The notes beneath the pieces are model-generated. The model worked only from the letters and a program-made list of their open reading frames with translations, was not told where the DNA came from and searched no databases. Source: Mobula hypostoma (Eukaryota). From it: a stretch of DNA of 64,000 bases. The stretch spans positions 16,058,001 to 16,122,000 of the forward strand of contig NC_086118.1 of NCBI RefSeq assembly GCF_963921235.1. Direction: 5' to 3'. Positions 36,485 through 49,817 of the stretch are shown piece by piece (position 1 is the stretch's first letter; each line of letters opens with the position of its first letter). A program made the translations under genes and the position numbers.

Positions 36485-39362
36485 AATATGGCAGGGGGAT
36501 GGGATCCAGTATGATAGAGCTGAGGATGAGCCAGCAGGTAACATGAATGTAAGGAAGGACATGCCAGTGATTGGGTACAACTGCAGACAGAGCAAAGTGT
36601 TAAGTTGCACCACAGAGGCAAAATTCAGAAGAGCGAAGAATGTAGGACTGAAGGTGCTGTATTTAAATGCATGTAACATTGGGAATAAGGTGGATAAACT
36701 CGTGGCGCAATTAGAAATTGGTTGGTATGATGTTGCGAGCATCACTGAGCCGTGGCTGAAAGGAGGTCATAGTTGGGAGCTTAACATCAAAGGATCTACT
36801 TTGTATCGAAAAGACAGGCAGGAAGGCATAGGCCGTGGTGGTGACTATTGGTAGGAGATGGAATTGTATCTTTAGAAAGAGTTCAGAAACTGCAAGGGTT
36901 TAAGATCATATATACCTCCAAATAGCAGCCAGAATCTGTGTTTGAGATTGCAAGGGGAGCTGGAGAAGGCATGTAATAAGTGTAATGACACAATTGTGAT
37001 GGGGACTTCAATATGCAGGGGGATTGGGAAAATCAGGTTGATGTTGGATTGCAAAAGAGGGAATTTGTTGAATGCCTACGAGATAGCTTTTGAGATTGGG
37101 TGTTGTGTTAAAACCCAGATTTTATTAGTCAGCTTAACGTAAAGGAACCCTTAGGAGGTGATGATCATAATATGATTGAATACTGCGGTTTGAGAGGGAG
37201 AAGCATAAGTCACATGTATCAGTACTGCAGTGGAATAAAGGGAATACGGAGGCAGGAGAGAGGAGCTTGTTCAGGTGGATTGGAGGAGGATACTGGCAGA
37301 GCAGAGATGGCTGGTTTCTGCAAATAGCTTATAAGGTGCAGAATAGATATGTCCGACAGAAGAAGTTGTTTTCAAGTGGCAGGGGGAGGCAACCATGGCT
37401 GACAAGGGAAGGTAAGGACTGCATAAAAGCCAAGGAAAGGGCACATAATGTAGCGAAAGTGAGCTGGATGATTGGGAAGCTTTTAAAATCAAACAAAAGG
37501 CAACTAAAAGAGCTATAAGAAGGGAAAAGAGGAAATATGAGGGCAAACTAGCTGATAATATAAAGCAGGATACTATAAGTTTTTTCATTTATATAAAGAA
37601 TAAAAGGGAGGTGACAATTGATATTGAACCACTGGAAAATGATGCTGGTGGGGCAGTAATGGGGGACATAGAAATGGCAGATGAACTTAAAAAGTATTTT
37701 GCTTCAGTGTTTACTGTAGAAGACACTACTGGTATGCTAGTGGTCCGTGAGTGTCAGGGAGCTATTACACAGGAAAAATGCAAGGCAACTGAAAGGTCTT
37801 AAAGTGGGGTGGATAAGTCACCCAGAACAGATGGAGTATATCCCAGAGTCCTGAGAGTGGTTACTGAAGAGGTAACAGATGCATTGATCATGATTTTTCA
37901 AGAATCACTTGATTCTGGCATGGTTCCGGAGCACTGGAAAATTCCAGATGTCACGCCACTCCTTAAGAAGGAAGGAAGACAAAAGAGGAAACTATAGGCC
38001 AGTTAGCCTAGCCTCAGTGGCTGAGAAAGTGTTGGAGTCAGTTATTAAGGACGAGGTTTTGGGGTACTTGGAGACTAATGATAAAATAAGTCAAAGTCAG
38101 CAATGTAGAGGGAAATCTTGCCTGACAAATCTGTTAGAATTCTTCGAGGAAGTAACAAACAGGGTGGATAAAGGAGAGGCAGTGGATGTCATTTACTTAG
38201 ATTTTCAGAAGGCATTTGATAAAGGTGAGTCATAAAGGTGCTCTACAAGATGAAATCCTGTGGTGTTACAGGAAGTACACTGGCATGGATAGTGGAATGG
38301 CTGACAGGCCCAAATAAAGGGAAGCCTTTTTTGGTTGGCTGCCGGTGACTAGTGGTGTTCCTCAGGGGTCAGTATTGGGACCGCTACTTTTCACATTATT
38401 TGTCAGTGACTTAGATAGTAGAATTAATGGCATTGTGGCAAAGTTTGTGGATGATACGTTGATAGATGGAGGGGTAGGTACTGCTGAGGAAGCAATATGA
38501 TTGCAGCAGGACTTGGACAAATTGGAAGATTGGCCAAAAAAAGTGACAGATGGAATACAGTCTTGGGAGATGTATAATAATACATTTTGGAGAAAGGAAC
38601 AATAGTGCAGACTATTACCTAAGTGGGGAGAAAATTCAAACATCAGAGGTGCAGAGGGACTTAGGAGTGCCCGTGCAAGACTCCTAGAAGGTTAATTCAT
38701 GGGTTGAGTCTGTGGTAAAGAAGGCAAATGCAATGTTGGCATTTATTTCAAGGGGAATAGAATATAAAAACAAGGAGATAATGCTGAAGCTTTATAAGAC
38801 ACTAGTCAAGCTGCACTTGAAGTATTGTCAACAGATTTGGGCCCCTTATCTCAGAAAGGATGTATTGTCATTGGAGAGAGTCCAGAGGAGCTTCATGAGG
38901 ATGACTGTGGGAATGAAGGGATGGGGAGCTTTTGGTAGTTTTGGGCCTGTACTCACTGGAATTTAGAAGAATGTGTGGGGATTTCATTGAAACCTACTGA
39001 ATGGTGAAAGGACTAGATAAGGTGGACATGGAGAGGATGTTTCCTCTGGTAGGGTTATCTGGAACTAGAGGGCACAGCCTCAAAAATTGAGGGGCGATCT
39101 TCTAGAACAGAAGTAAGGAGGAAATTTTTTAAATCAAAGAGTGGTGAATCTGTAGAATGCTCTGCCACAGACAGCAGTGGAGGCCAAGTCATTAGGTATA
39201 TTCAAAGCGGAAGTTGATAGATCCTGATTGGTTGGGGCATTGGGATATGGTGAGAGGGCAGGTGTATGGAATTGAATGGGATCTGGGATCAGCCATGATG
39301 AAATGGCAGAGCAGACTCAATGGGCTGAATGGCCTAATTCTGCTCCTATGTCTTATGGTCTA
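36485..39362 (+). mobile_element. Decayed CR1 LINE covering most of ORF2 (endonuclease + RT) and the 3'UTR
   Basis: LYLNACNIGNKV, ITEPWL, NYRPVSL, YLDFQKAFDK, GVPQGSVLGP and KFVDDT motifs, with many disruptions. Confidence 0.9.
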
Positions 39363-40298
39363 ATCAGGTGTTACATCTTGCCCAAGGGTGATCTATAGAC
39401 CAGTGGAGGGAAGGAATGCCTTGCACCTCCTTTGGTAGAGACGTATCTCCACCTCGCTGCCTATAGTAAAGGAATCTAAAACTACAGAGCATAGGCTTAA
39501 GGTGAAAAGGGGTAAATTTAAAAGGGACTTGAGAGGTCAATTTTCCATACAAAGGTCACTGGGTACATGGAACAAGTTGCCAGATGAGGTGGAAGAGGTG
39601 GATACAATTACAATGTTTAAAAGATATTTGGATAGGTTGATTAATACAAATGGTTTTGAGAGATTTTGGCCAAATACAGGAAAATAGGACCAACTCAGAA
39701 AGGCATCTTAGTCAGCAGGGATGAGTTGGGCTGATAAGGCTTGTTTCAGTCATACACTATAAACTGCAGATACTATATTGTATACACAATTACCAGACTA
39801 CAAAGCAACTCAAATCCATTATCTTTATCTGTATCACAAAACTTATAGTCATCCACTTCTAAATGTGACAATGAGGTCGTACATAGGAGTGGGTACCCAA
39901 AAAAAAACAAGCAGCAAGCAGTTCGAATTGGAATGCAATGAGGTTTGTTGTAAGGTTTATTTGATGTCAGAGGTTATCATTTATTAAAAATTAAACTAGG
40001 ATTCACATTCACGTGGTGTGGATGGGAGGCAACGTACTGAATTCATGTTACTCTGTTTTAGAGTGTCAAAGTACAAGAGTTATCAACTTTGCAATGCCCT
40101 GCCAATCTCAATTTATCATTATAATATAGATGCAATATCATCTCACAGTATGGTTTTGCCTGGTTTGACTAAGGTACTGAAAAAATGGACATTATGGTAT
40201 TCTACTTTTCATATTTTAAATATAGAAAAATTCAGTTGTTAAAATGCATTAGAAAGGATGAAAAGAACACATAACCGTAATCTGTTTTCTTACTGCAG

Positions 40299-40594
40299 GT
40301 CATCTTCCGGTCCACCCAGGCTCTACGGATCCAATGTGTGTTGCGTGGAATTTTAATGAGATGCTTTCGATGCTCCAGGCACACACCAGTGTGGTATGTT
40401 TCATAGCAGGACATGATCACGATGGCGGCTACTACTTGGATAACTGTGGAATTCACCATCTTACCCTTGAAGGCATGATTGAAACATCACCAGAGAGTCA
40501 AGCATTTGGTACAGTTCATGTGTACGAAGATAGAATGATCCTTGAGGGAAGGGGAAGGATTCCAAGGAGAGTTTTGTGGTACAGAGAAAGATAA
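40299..40594 (+). CDS. ADPRM: ADPRM exon 4 CDS (HLPVHP...AGHDHDGGY...YRER*)
   Basis: HLP and GHDH metal-ligand motifs; tgcag| acceptor; TAA stop. Spliced CDS 613+123+296=1032 nt = 343 aa. Confidence 0.97.
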
Positions 40595-41161
40595 ATTAAT
40601 GGATTTGTGTTGCTTTGTAGTCTGGCAGTTGAGTGGTACAATGTAGTATCTGCAGCACTTGGCTGGGATGTCCATCTGACATTCATTTGCACAAATTTGC
40701 CTTGAATTATTGGCTGCAATTTTTAACCAAATTCAAACACCCTAGCACTGCGTTAGTTATAGAAGACATTCTCCAAGGGAGAACTTTAAGCAGCCCTTGA
40801 ATTTCCACAGGGTTAAATAATAGATAAGGAAAACCTGAGCATTTACACCTTTCGTGATTTCTGGAATTTGATTCAATTTGAATTTGCCTCGCTGTGAATT
40901 CCGGGTGTTATTTTGGATTCCTGAACTGAATTATTATATCAATTCTTTCCTAAAACATTTTATAGTCAATGAAATCTTCATGGTGTAATTTAGGAAACAG
41001 AGAAACCATTTCCATTTATTAGCAATAGGATGAAGGTCAGCTAATCTGCTTTTTTTGTGATGTTAAAGAAGGAATATGTATTTGCCAGAGTACCTTTGAT
41101 CATGACTACCCTGGTAACATGGCATGTTTTACATTGTTCTGAGGACGGTTTTGGATTAGAG

Positions 41162-41212
41162 TAGGGGTTCGAAATCCGTTTTATGCCATGGACCCCAGAT
41201 TAGGAACCCCTG
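41162..41212. mobile_element. Tiny hAT-type MITE
   Basis: TAGGGGTTC...GAACCCCTG termini; 8-bp flanks GATTAGAG/GATTTGAG; a related copy at ~54044-54123. Confidence 0.6.
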
Positions 41213-42527
41213 GATTTGAGTGTTAAGTGTTATCTTAATGTATTGATTTAGATAACATTGTTGGTGATATATATTTAACATTCAAATGCATCGGTAAAGC
41301 TAGCCATGATGTTCACAGCAACACAACTCCGCATCATATTAATTGTATTGCAAAATTTCAAAACACTTTTCCAAGATTTTACAAAATATTTGTGTAAGAT
41401 TATGTAGTTAACTATAATGAAGTACCTTGTGTTGCAGCTGCTTTTGCACTTTTAACGATTTTACACAGCATTTGGCTCATGCTGCTGTTGTCTCCCATCT
41501 GTATAACTTAATTAGAACAGTTTTGTGGTTTCTTTACAAACATGTCTAGGTTTGCCCTGGCCCTGAATACCACCCCCCCCACCACCCCACACTCGCTTTG
41601 ACTTTGCACAAAGGAATTCTGGTAATTAATGCAAATATCTTCCCTTGTGATTTTCCCTTCCAAACCAGTTCATATCTTATAAACCTATGCACCCTATCCC
41701 AAATGGTGCTGTGGCTATGTTTGCACTGATGAGCTGTGTTGAAGGGCTGGGTAGGTCCTACTCTGATATTGTAAAGCCCATCAAGAAAAAAGTTAAGATA
41801 AATTGTGTTCTTAAGATAATCTTATTTGTGAATGGAATTGTTTTTGAAGTCAGAGACAGAAGACACTCTCAGTTTTGGAATCTGGAGCAAAAGTACAAAG
41901 TGCAGGTTGAAAATCTATAGGAGCTGCAGAGTGCTGATGCAGGGTCTCAGGTGATGCAATGTCAACTATCTCTCTGTCTCCACAGGTGCCGCTTGACATC
42001 CTGAGTTACTGCAACAGTACTTTGCACCTTCAGATTAAAGCCTGTTTTATTTGGATTGTTTTATTTGGAGCATGCTGGGTAGAATTTTAATCAGTGCTGG
42101 TCAGTCAGGAGTTAAATGCCTATCTTTGAAGGTACTGCTGTCAGATTATTCAATATGAATGTTGAAGCGAATAGAACCAAAGAAATGTGAGTAAACAGTC
42201 ATTAAAAGCAATTTGTTCTGTTTTTAAAAAAGTTTGTGGACATCTTTTTTAGCACCTGGTGAATTTTCATGAATAAGATCTAAATTAGCAAGGAAGATAT
42301 TCTTAAATTTTGAACCTGTGTGTCAAAGGTAAGAACAGTATTTATTGCCCATCTTGAATGGCACTTGAGCAGGTGGTGGTGAGCTGCCTTTTCTCGTGCT
42401 GCAGTCCTTCTGGAGAAGGTAGTCTCGCAGTGCTATTCGGTAATGAGATCTAGAATTTGGATCCTGCAACCTCAAAGGGCTGTGATATGATTACAAGTCA
42501 ACGTGGCATGTAACTTGAAGGAAAACC

Positions 42528-42670
42528 TGCAGCTGGTGATGTCCCATTGCTCTGCATCTCTTCCCTTGGTGATAGAGAATGCAGGTCTGAGAGGTGCAGC
42601 TGGTGATGTCCCATTGCCCTGCTCCGCTTTCCTTGGCGATAGAGAATGCAGGTCTGAGAGGTGCAGCTGG
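42528..42670. repeat. 67-bp tandem duplication (2 units plus a partial third)
   Basis: TGCAGCTGGTGATGTCCCATTG...GCAGGTCTGAGAGG starts at 42528 and 42595; TGCAGCTGG again at 42662. Confidence 0.9.
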
Positions 42671-42898
42671 AGTAGCCTGGGTGAATATTTGCAGTAAGTT
42701 TTGAGGGTGCCACATGTTGTAGTGCTGGTGTGGATGGATATTTTGTGTGGTTGATAGGAGCATCAATCAAGCAATTTGCTTCACCCTTGCTTGTGAGAGT
42801 TGTTAGCGCTAAACTCATCCAGGCAAGTGAAGAATATTTCATAACACTGGAGTGGTGAAAAGATGTTGGTGTCAGGAAGTGCAGGTTTTTCAGCCTCC

Positions 42899-43546
42899 AT
42901 TAGATTATGAGGACACTCAGTCCTCGTTTATTGTCATTTAGAAATGCACGCATTAAGAAATGATACAATGTTCCTCCAGAGTGACAGCACAAAAAAAACA
43001 GGACAAACCAAAAACTAACACTAACAAGAACACATAATTATAACATATAGTTACAGCAGTGCAAAGCAATACCGTAATTTGATAAAGAGCAGACCATGGG
43101 CACAGTAAAAAAAATAGTCTCAAAGTTCTGATTGACTCCCGATAGCAGGCAGCAAAAGAGAGAAACTCTCCCTGCCATAAACCTCCAGGTACCGACAACT
43201 GCCGATGCATTGAAAGCACCGGACCACAGCCGACTCTGAGTCCGTCCGAAAACATCGAGCCTCCAACCAGCCTCCTGAGCACCATCCTCTGCCAAGCGCT
43301 TCAACCTCGCCCCGGCCGCTGAGCAACAAGCAAAGCCAAGAACTTGGGGCCTTCTCATCTGGAGATTCTGGATCGCACAGTAGCGGCGGCGGCGAAGCAG
43401 GCATTTCAGAAGTTTCTTCAGATGTTCCTCCGTGCTCTGACGCCTGTCTCCATCAAATCAGGATTGTGCACGGCACTCTACTTCACAGATAACAGATATC
43501 ATTCACCGGAGTGGCCGCTGCGCGCTGCGATCTTCTCCTCCTCCTC
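42899..43546 (-). mobile_element. ~650-bp non-coding retroposon, copy 2 (inserted into an old LINE)
   Basis: Homologous to 8214-8878. Confidence 0.8.
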
Positions 43547-43980
43547 AATAGATTGTGCTCATTATGCTGTTGTAGCCACAGTGATTCAATGGCTGTCCAG
43601 GTGAGTATTGAATCAATGGTGTCTCCCAGAGTATGGATGATTGGGAACCTGATGATGACAAAGCCTTTGAAAGTTCAGGGTAGTTAATTAGATTCTCCCT
43701 GGTCAGAGACGGTCGTTACCTGGCACTTCTGAGGCTTGAATGTTCTTCCTACCTGACAGCTTAGATCACGTCCTTCGCTGAGCCGTTGCAGATGGAATTA
43801 GACTGTGTGCATATTAAGTGTGTCCACACTAATATCAGGATGTACTTGGAGCTCAGTGCAATGTCAGTATACTGTGCGCAGGCACATAATATCCCACATC
43901 AAAAACACCTGATACTGTTGAGTGTAAAAAAAATCACTTCAATATCTGTGAATAGCTGCAGTAATTTATAACTTCTATCG

Positions 43981-45115
43981 AGTACAGTCGACGTTTCGGG
44001 CCGAGACCCTTCATTGGGACTAGAGGGAAAAAAGATGAGTATGAAGATGGGGGGGGAGAGGAAGAAACACAAGGTGATGGGTGAAACCAGGAGGGTTGGG
44101 GTATAAGAGCTAGGAATTTGATTGGTGAAAGAGATACAGGGCTGGAGAAGGGATATCTGATGGCAGAGGACAGAAGGCCTGGAAGAAAGAAAAGGGGGAG
44201 GAGCACCAGAGGGAGGTGATGGACAGGTAAGGGGATGGGAATGGGGAATGCTGAAGGGGGTAGGGCGGCATTACCAGAAGTTCGAGAAATCGATGTTCAT
44301 AGCATCAGATTGGAGGCTACCCAGACGGAATATAAGGTGTAGCTCCTCCAATCTGATTGTGGCCTCATCGCAACAGTAGAGGAGGCCATGGACTGACATG
44401 TCGGAATGGGAAGTGGAATTAAAATGGGTGACCACTGGAAGATCCCACTTTTTCTGGCGGATGGAGCACAGGTGCTTGGCAGAGCAGTCTCTCAATCTAT
44501 ATTGGATCTCACCAAAAAAAAGGAGGCCACACTGGGAGCACCGAATACAGTAGATGACCCCAACAGACTCAACCGGAAGGACTGTTTGGGGCTCTGAATG
44601 GTAGTGAGGGAGGAGGCATAGAGGCAGGTGTAGCACTCATTCTGCTTGTAGGGATAAGCACCAGGAGGGAGATAAGTGGGGAGGGATGAATGGACAAGGG
44701 AGTTACGTAGGGAGCAATCCCTGTGTAAAGCATAAAGTGGGAGGAGGTAGAGATGTACACAGTGGTGGGATCCCATTGGAGATGGCAGAAGTTACGGAGA
44801 ATTATGTGCTGGACATGGATGCAGAGACTGTTGGGGTGGTAGTTGAGGACAAGAGGAACCCTACCCCTAGTGGGGTGGCGGGAGGATGGGCTACCGGCAG
44901 GCGTGCGCAAAATGGAAGAGATACAGTTGAGGGCAGTGTTGATGGTAGGGGGAGATCCCTTTCTTTGAAGAAGGAGGACATCTCCTTAGTTCTGGAATGA
45001 AAAGCCTCACCCTGTGAGAAGATGCAGCAGGGATGAAGGAATTGAGAAAAGGGATGGCATTTTTACAAGTAACAGGGTGGGAAGAGGTATAGTCCAGGTA
45101 GCTGTGCGAGTCAGG
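43981..45115 (-). mobile_element. Decayed Neptune-type PLE 3' part
   Basis: GVIYCIRCSQCGLLFFGE...LIFRLGSLQ; degenerate hammerhead at 43986-44021. Confidence 0.85.
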
Positions 45116-45289
45116 AACATTGCACTCTGTTAGGCTTACTTTTGTGGAAGTAGGCTGTATCCAGATTTTCTACAATAAAGCTCTGATCAAAATGACCAGA
45201 CTGGTTGTAGATTGTTTTGCCAGAAACCAAAATCACAAAAAAAATATTATCCCAGAAATTGTAAAATGGTCACGAGGCCTCACTGGCAA

Positions 45290-45790
45290 ATATATATAGT
45301 TCTGTGGCATTTACAAGATTCCCTGTGAATGTGGATGGAATGCACAGTGGAAACCCACATCAAGCAGCACAACAGGTGTATCTGTCTGGGTTACCTGGAG
45401 AAATCGACAGTAACAGGGCACTGCATTTGCAATGGCCATAGGATTGACTTTGTAGAAAACTACTGAGCTGTGCCAATCGCTTTTGGGACTGCCTAGTGAA
45501 AGAAACCACTGAAATAAAACTGGAGAAAAAAGAATTTTAACAAAGGCGAAGGTCTTGCTCTAGTAAGAACTGGAATTTGATTGTAAACAAGCTGGGGCAG
45601 CAGAAACCTGATCGGATGAGGACTAACCAGGCAGGAGGGATGGACAATGGGGGTACATATACCACCAGACTAGACATGCCCAGGCATCGTACCTGATGAA
45701 GATGGCAGTGTTTGTCATTGAAACATCAGTTAAAATCGATTTCTGGACCCAGCTGGAAGTCTGAGAAGAGTTTATTCATCGTATATGTCA
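45290..45790 (+). mobile_element. Poseidon-type PLE 3' remnant with degenerate hammerhead
   Basis: GIYKIPCECG, TVETHIKQH and HCICNGHRIDF remnants; CTGATGA-stem-GAAAC at ~45693-45724. Confidence 0.7.
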
Positions 45791-47158
45791 GGTAAGCACT
45801 AGATCCTTTTTCATCTCATGATCATTCTTGTAAGTAATGCAAAATACATCACCAATGTGATTCAGAAGAAATAAATCCCAATACAGTTAATAAAGTTAGA
45901 TAAAATAATTTGTTTAAAGACATCTTTAATGTGGTTTTTCAGAATCTACTTTCAGTATAGTTTCACTCTGGAGATTCCTCCCCATTCTCCACTTTTCATG
46001 TAGTAATTTTTTTCTTTCCATTATGTAGTGGTAAGTCTATTCCTTTCCAGTATTACACCATTGGTAATGCAACCATTACAGATCGAGGATATCCATCAAA
46101 TTTAAATGGAGAAGTATCCATTTATGGATCAGCCTTTAGAAATTAAGTTGCCAATATGAAATCTAATCTCAAAAAATTGCTAATAATTATAAATAACTTC
46201 ACATTCCCAATCCCCAAGTGCAAATACTCCCCTCTCATTGGCAAATACAGACTATGTAATGTTTGAACATCAGAATTGTCACTGGTGCATCTGTGCAAAA
46301 ATTTTCAAACTATAAGATATACAGAAACAAATCTTAAGTTTGTTAGATCGAGTCTGAATGTGAAGATGAAAATTTCTTTCAAAGAAAAATCTATTAGGAT
46401 GCGCATACTAATCCTATTCTGAAAGGTGACTGGCAACACTTCTTGGGCTGCATAATCTTTACGTGGTCCTAAGATTTTCTGCATAAGGGTGCAGAGTAGC
46501 ATAGCACCAGAGATCATGGTTCAATACCTGCTGCCTCCTGTAAGGAGTTGTATGTTCTCCCCATGACAGCATGGTTTCCCATCCCCACCACATACCAAAG
46601 ATGTAAGGTTAGGTTTAGTGAGTTGTGGGCATGTTACATAGAAAACCTACAGTACAATACAGGCCCTTCGGCTCACAATGAGTGCCAAACATGTACTTAC
46701 GTCGGTGCCCAAAGTGTGGTGGCATCTGTGGGCTGCCCAGCACAATCAGGATTTGACACAAACAATGCAGTTCACTGTTTGTTTCAATGTACATGTGACA
46801 AATAAAGCCAATCTTTAAAAAATATATATCAAAGTGCAATTGCACTTGTTAAATAAATGTTTGGTCCTTAAAATTCAAATCATGTTCCTCCCTAGATTCA
46901 AACCTCAAGACCAGATCCAGGACTTCAATTTGCAATCTGTCTCAGATGTCAAAGTGATAAATCCATTATACAATTAACATAATTGTAAGTTATTTCATCC
47001 AAATTATATAACAGAAAATTGTGTTCAAAATTACATCTATCACAACCTCAGATTGTCCACAAAAACAGCTCTAAATAAATGGGTCTGTACGGCAACTCGT
47101 TCAATTCACGTTAGTTCCACGACCCTTTTTCTGGTCCCACTATTACGTTGTATCTGGG

Positions 47159-47288
47159 CTAAATGGTGTTCTTGCAGTGCTCTGGCCAAGATGCTCGCAG
47201 CTCTTTATTGATGTAGTAATATAACCACATCACAAATGGCAGGACAGTAATAAAACCTGCAACAGAAATTTTAAAACCACCAAGATAC
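47159..47288 (-). CDS. TMEM220: TMEM220 exon 6 CDS (YLGGFK...YINKELRASWPEHCKNTI*)
   Basis: YINKE.R.SWP.HCK C-terminal motif; TAG stop. Spliced CDS 528 nt = 175 aa. Confidence 0.95.
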
Positions 47289-47499
47289 CTGGAAAATTAA
47301 GAAAACATTTTAATCACTAATTGAGATCAACAATTGCTCAGTACTATTTGAAGAAATTTACTGCTAACTTGTATTAATGCCAGCTAGCAATAGTATGCCA
47401 TGTGATGAACACTTGCATTTTAATATTTACACATACCAGCAATAACTTAAGAAGCTACCTACAGGCATTAACAATGAATACCTGTTAGACATCATTGTA

Positions 47500-48812
47500 T
47501 GTTGGGACGCAAAGCGGAGGGACAGAATGCAAGGTGATGGCCAAGACCAGGTGAGAGGGGAGTGGGGTAAGAAGCAGGGAGGTTATACTGTATGTGGAAG
47601 AGGTAAAAGGCTGAAGGAAGAGGACGATAGACCGTGGAAGATAGGGAAGGAGGAAGGGAATGAGAGGGAGGTGATGGGCAGGTGAGAAGAAAAGGGTGAG
47701 AGGGTAACCAGAATTCAGTTCAAGTTTAATTGTCATTAACCATACATGAATACCCATGAGCACATCCAAACAAAACAGCATTACTCTAGGATCAAGGTGC
47801 AAAACACAGTACCAACAGTCATACACAAGGTACCTATAGCACATAGAAGATAACAAGCACACGCTGTATATCAGTAAAATTGCAGTCATCCAAAATACGG
47901 CTCGTCTTCTGCCAAGCGAACACTGGAGGAGAGCACCAACTGCAGCATGGATGTCATGCCACGCTGCCCCCACCGACTCCCAACACCTCTCTCCTGGGTG
48001 GCTGCCAACAGGCGACACCACGGCCTGAGGCCCAGACCTCAGTGTGACTGAAGCCATGCAGCTCCCCCGCCATCCACCAATACATCAGGGAATCGAACTT
48101 GCAGCAGTCCACATCAACAGTGCCCAACAGGGTCTTGCGATCACAAGAAAGTGGACCAGAACAATCACCTGCTGTTAGACTGCACAGCACCTTCGCACAC
48201 TGACTCCACGCCTCTCTGTTGTAGGCAGCAGCATGATCCACATCTAGCCCAGCTCCTTTGCCAATGAGCAGCCCACTGATGGCATAGACATGCAGCACTC
48301 CAAGTTCTCAATGTCCAGCAGGGTCTTGTGATTGTTAAAAAAATACGTTTACAAAAGACGGTAACACCTCTGGTTGGCCCCCAAAAAACTAGAATGGGGG
48401 GAGAAATTACCAGAGGTCAGAAAAATTAATGTTCATTCCATTTGGTTAGAGCTACCCAGCCAGAATATGAGGCAAGAGTCCATGGATGGACCTGTCTGAA
48501 TGGGAAGGGAAAGTCAAATTGAAGTGGGTAGCCATTGGAAGATCCTGCCTTCATTACTGAGAGGGTGGAAGCTGCTCGACGAAACAACTCTGCAACGGTC
48601 TAATCTATCCACCTGCCAGCATGTACACTTTCCACTACCCCCGCGCCCCCACCACCTGTTTCTGCCTCCTTCCTTTCTAGTCCTGATGGAGGGCAGCAAC
48701 CCAAATCTTCAATTTTTATTCTCCTCTACAGATGCTTCCTGGCTTGCTGAATTCCTCCAGGATTTTGTAAGTATTGCTCAAGAATTCCAGCATCTGCAGA
48801 ATCTGGTGTTTA
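47500..48812. mobile_element. Decayed fold-back PLE with a non-coding retroposon inserted (~47714-48385)
   Basis: Purine-rich pLTR arm, GIY-YIG 3' remnant, and inverted arm ending ...TTCCAGCATCTGCAGAATC. Confidence 0.65.
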
Positions 48813-48932
48813 TAGTATGGGAAGGATGTTTTTGGAGGTACGCTGCAGAAAGTAGACTGAAGCCTGGATTACTTGCACCATTTCTTTGATTAAATATTCA
48901 AAACAGTTTGAGAAATATTACTCAATACTCAC

Positions 48933-48992
48933 TTCCCTGAATTCTGGCAGAGCAGCATCCAAATAATGATTATTACTAATCCCAAAAATTCC
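48933..48992 (-). CDS. TMEM220: TMEM220 exon 5 (EFLGLVIIIIWMLLCQNSGK)
   Basis: 60 nt; ttttgcag acceptor and GTGAGT donor; GLVII..W..LC match. Confidence 0.93.
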
Positions 48993-49693
48993 CTGCAAAA
49001 CAAAATAATCAGTGTGTAAAAAACAGTCTTTTACCACAAACCTCAAACTGTCAAAAGACTACTGGAAAGGCCCAGGAACAGGCCCTGGGTTTTACCACCC
49101 AAGCACTAACCACCACTTGTGGGTGGCTTGTCTTTGCAGGATGGCCAGAGCCATGAATTATCCACGATGCTTAGACCCACAGCAGCAGTGTGCAAAATGA
49201 ATGCCCTGCTAGGAATAGCAGAGGTTTGGCCTTTGTAATTATCTCAATACTCCTAACACCAAACCAGATAGGAATGTCTCACAGAGAACCACAAGATCTT
49301 TTAAATCTGCCTAGCCTTGCTTCAGCATCTTGCCTGAAAGACAACATCAGCCCCCTGTAATGCTGTTATAGAGGCTTAATGTGGAGTAAGTAAGGCCTGA
49401 CCCCCATTTTGACTCAGAGGTTCAAACCAGCCAGACAGAACATATCTGGGTTGACCTCATACACTGACACGTGCTCAGGTCAAAATCAGCTGGGGTACAA
49501 GTCCCAGTAGCATGGAATAGGAATAGTGAGCGGTGTGAAAACCAGTCAACCGTGGAAAGTTATCGTAAAAGATCAGTACAAGGACACGTGTCACAATGTG
49601 ATTATCGTGTAAAAATGAAGAAACACGCAGGCTTTTAACACAATTAAGAGATACAACTGTATGAATGATGCAGTTACAATGAAAGGTGCATAC

Positions 49694-49817
49694 CGGCCCT
49701 CCTCTTCGTGGAAGATAGTGTTCTTTGCATGTCGATGAAGATACCAACCCCACAGCGTGGCCACCATGAAGCACATGGTCATGTGCATTAATGAGACATG
49801 TTTCCAGATGAAGTTAT
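49694..49817 (-). CDS. TMEM220: TMEM220 exon 4 (DNFIWKHVS...IFHEEEGR)
   Basis: 124 nt; HEEEGRE motif completed with the next exon; AG/GT boundaries. Confidence 0.94.

Larger units (their letters stand above)
42330..43790 (-). mobile_element. Old L2/CR1-group LINE 3' remnant (interrupted by 42899-43546)
   Basis: TTTATTGCCCATC...GGTGGTGGTGAGCTGCC terminal region; MKYSSLAWMS remnant on the minus strand. Confidence 0.55.

Noticed and set aside
42528-42670. Direct repeats as a CRISPR-like or functional array
   Set aside because: Only two adjacent 67-bp units with no spacers, inside a decayed LINE in eukaryotic DNA.
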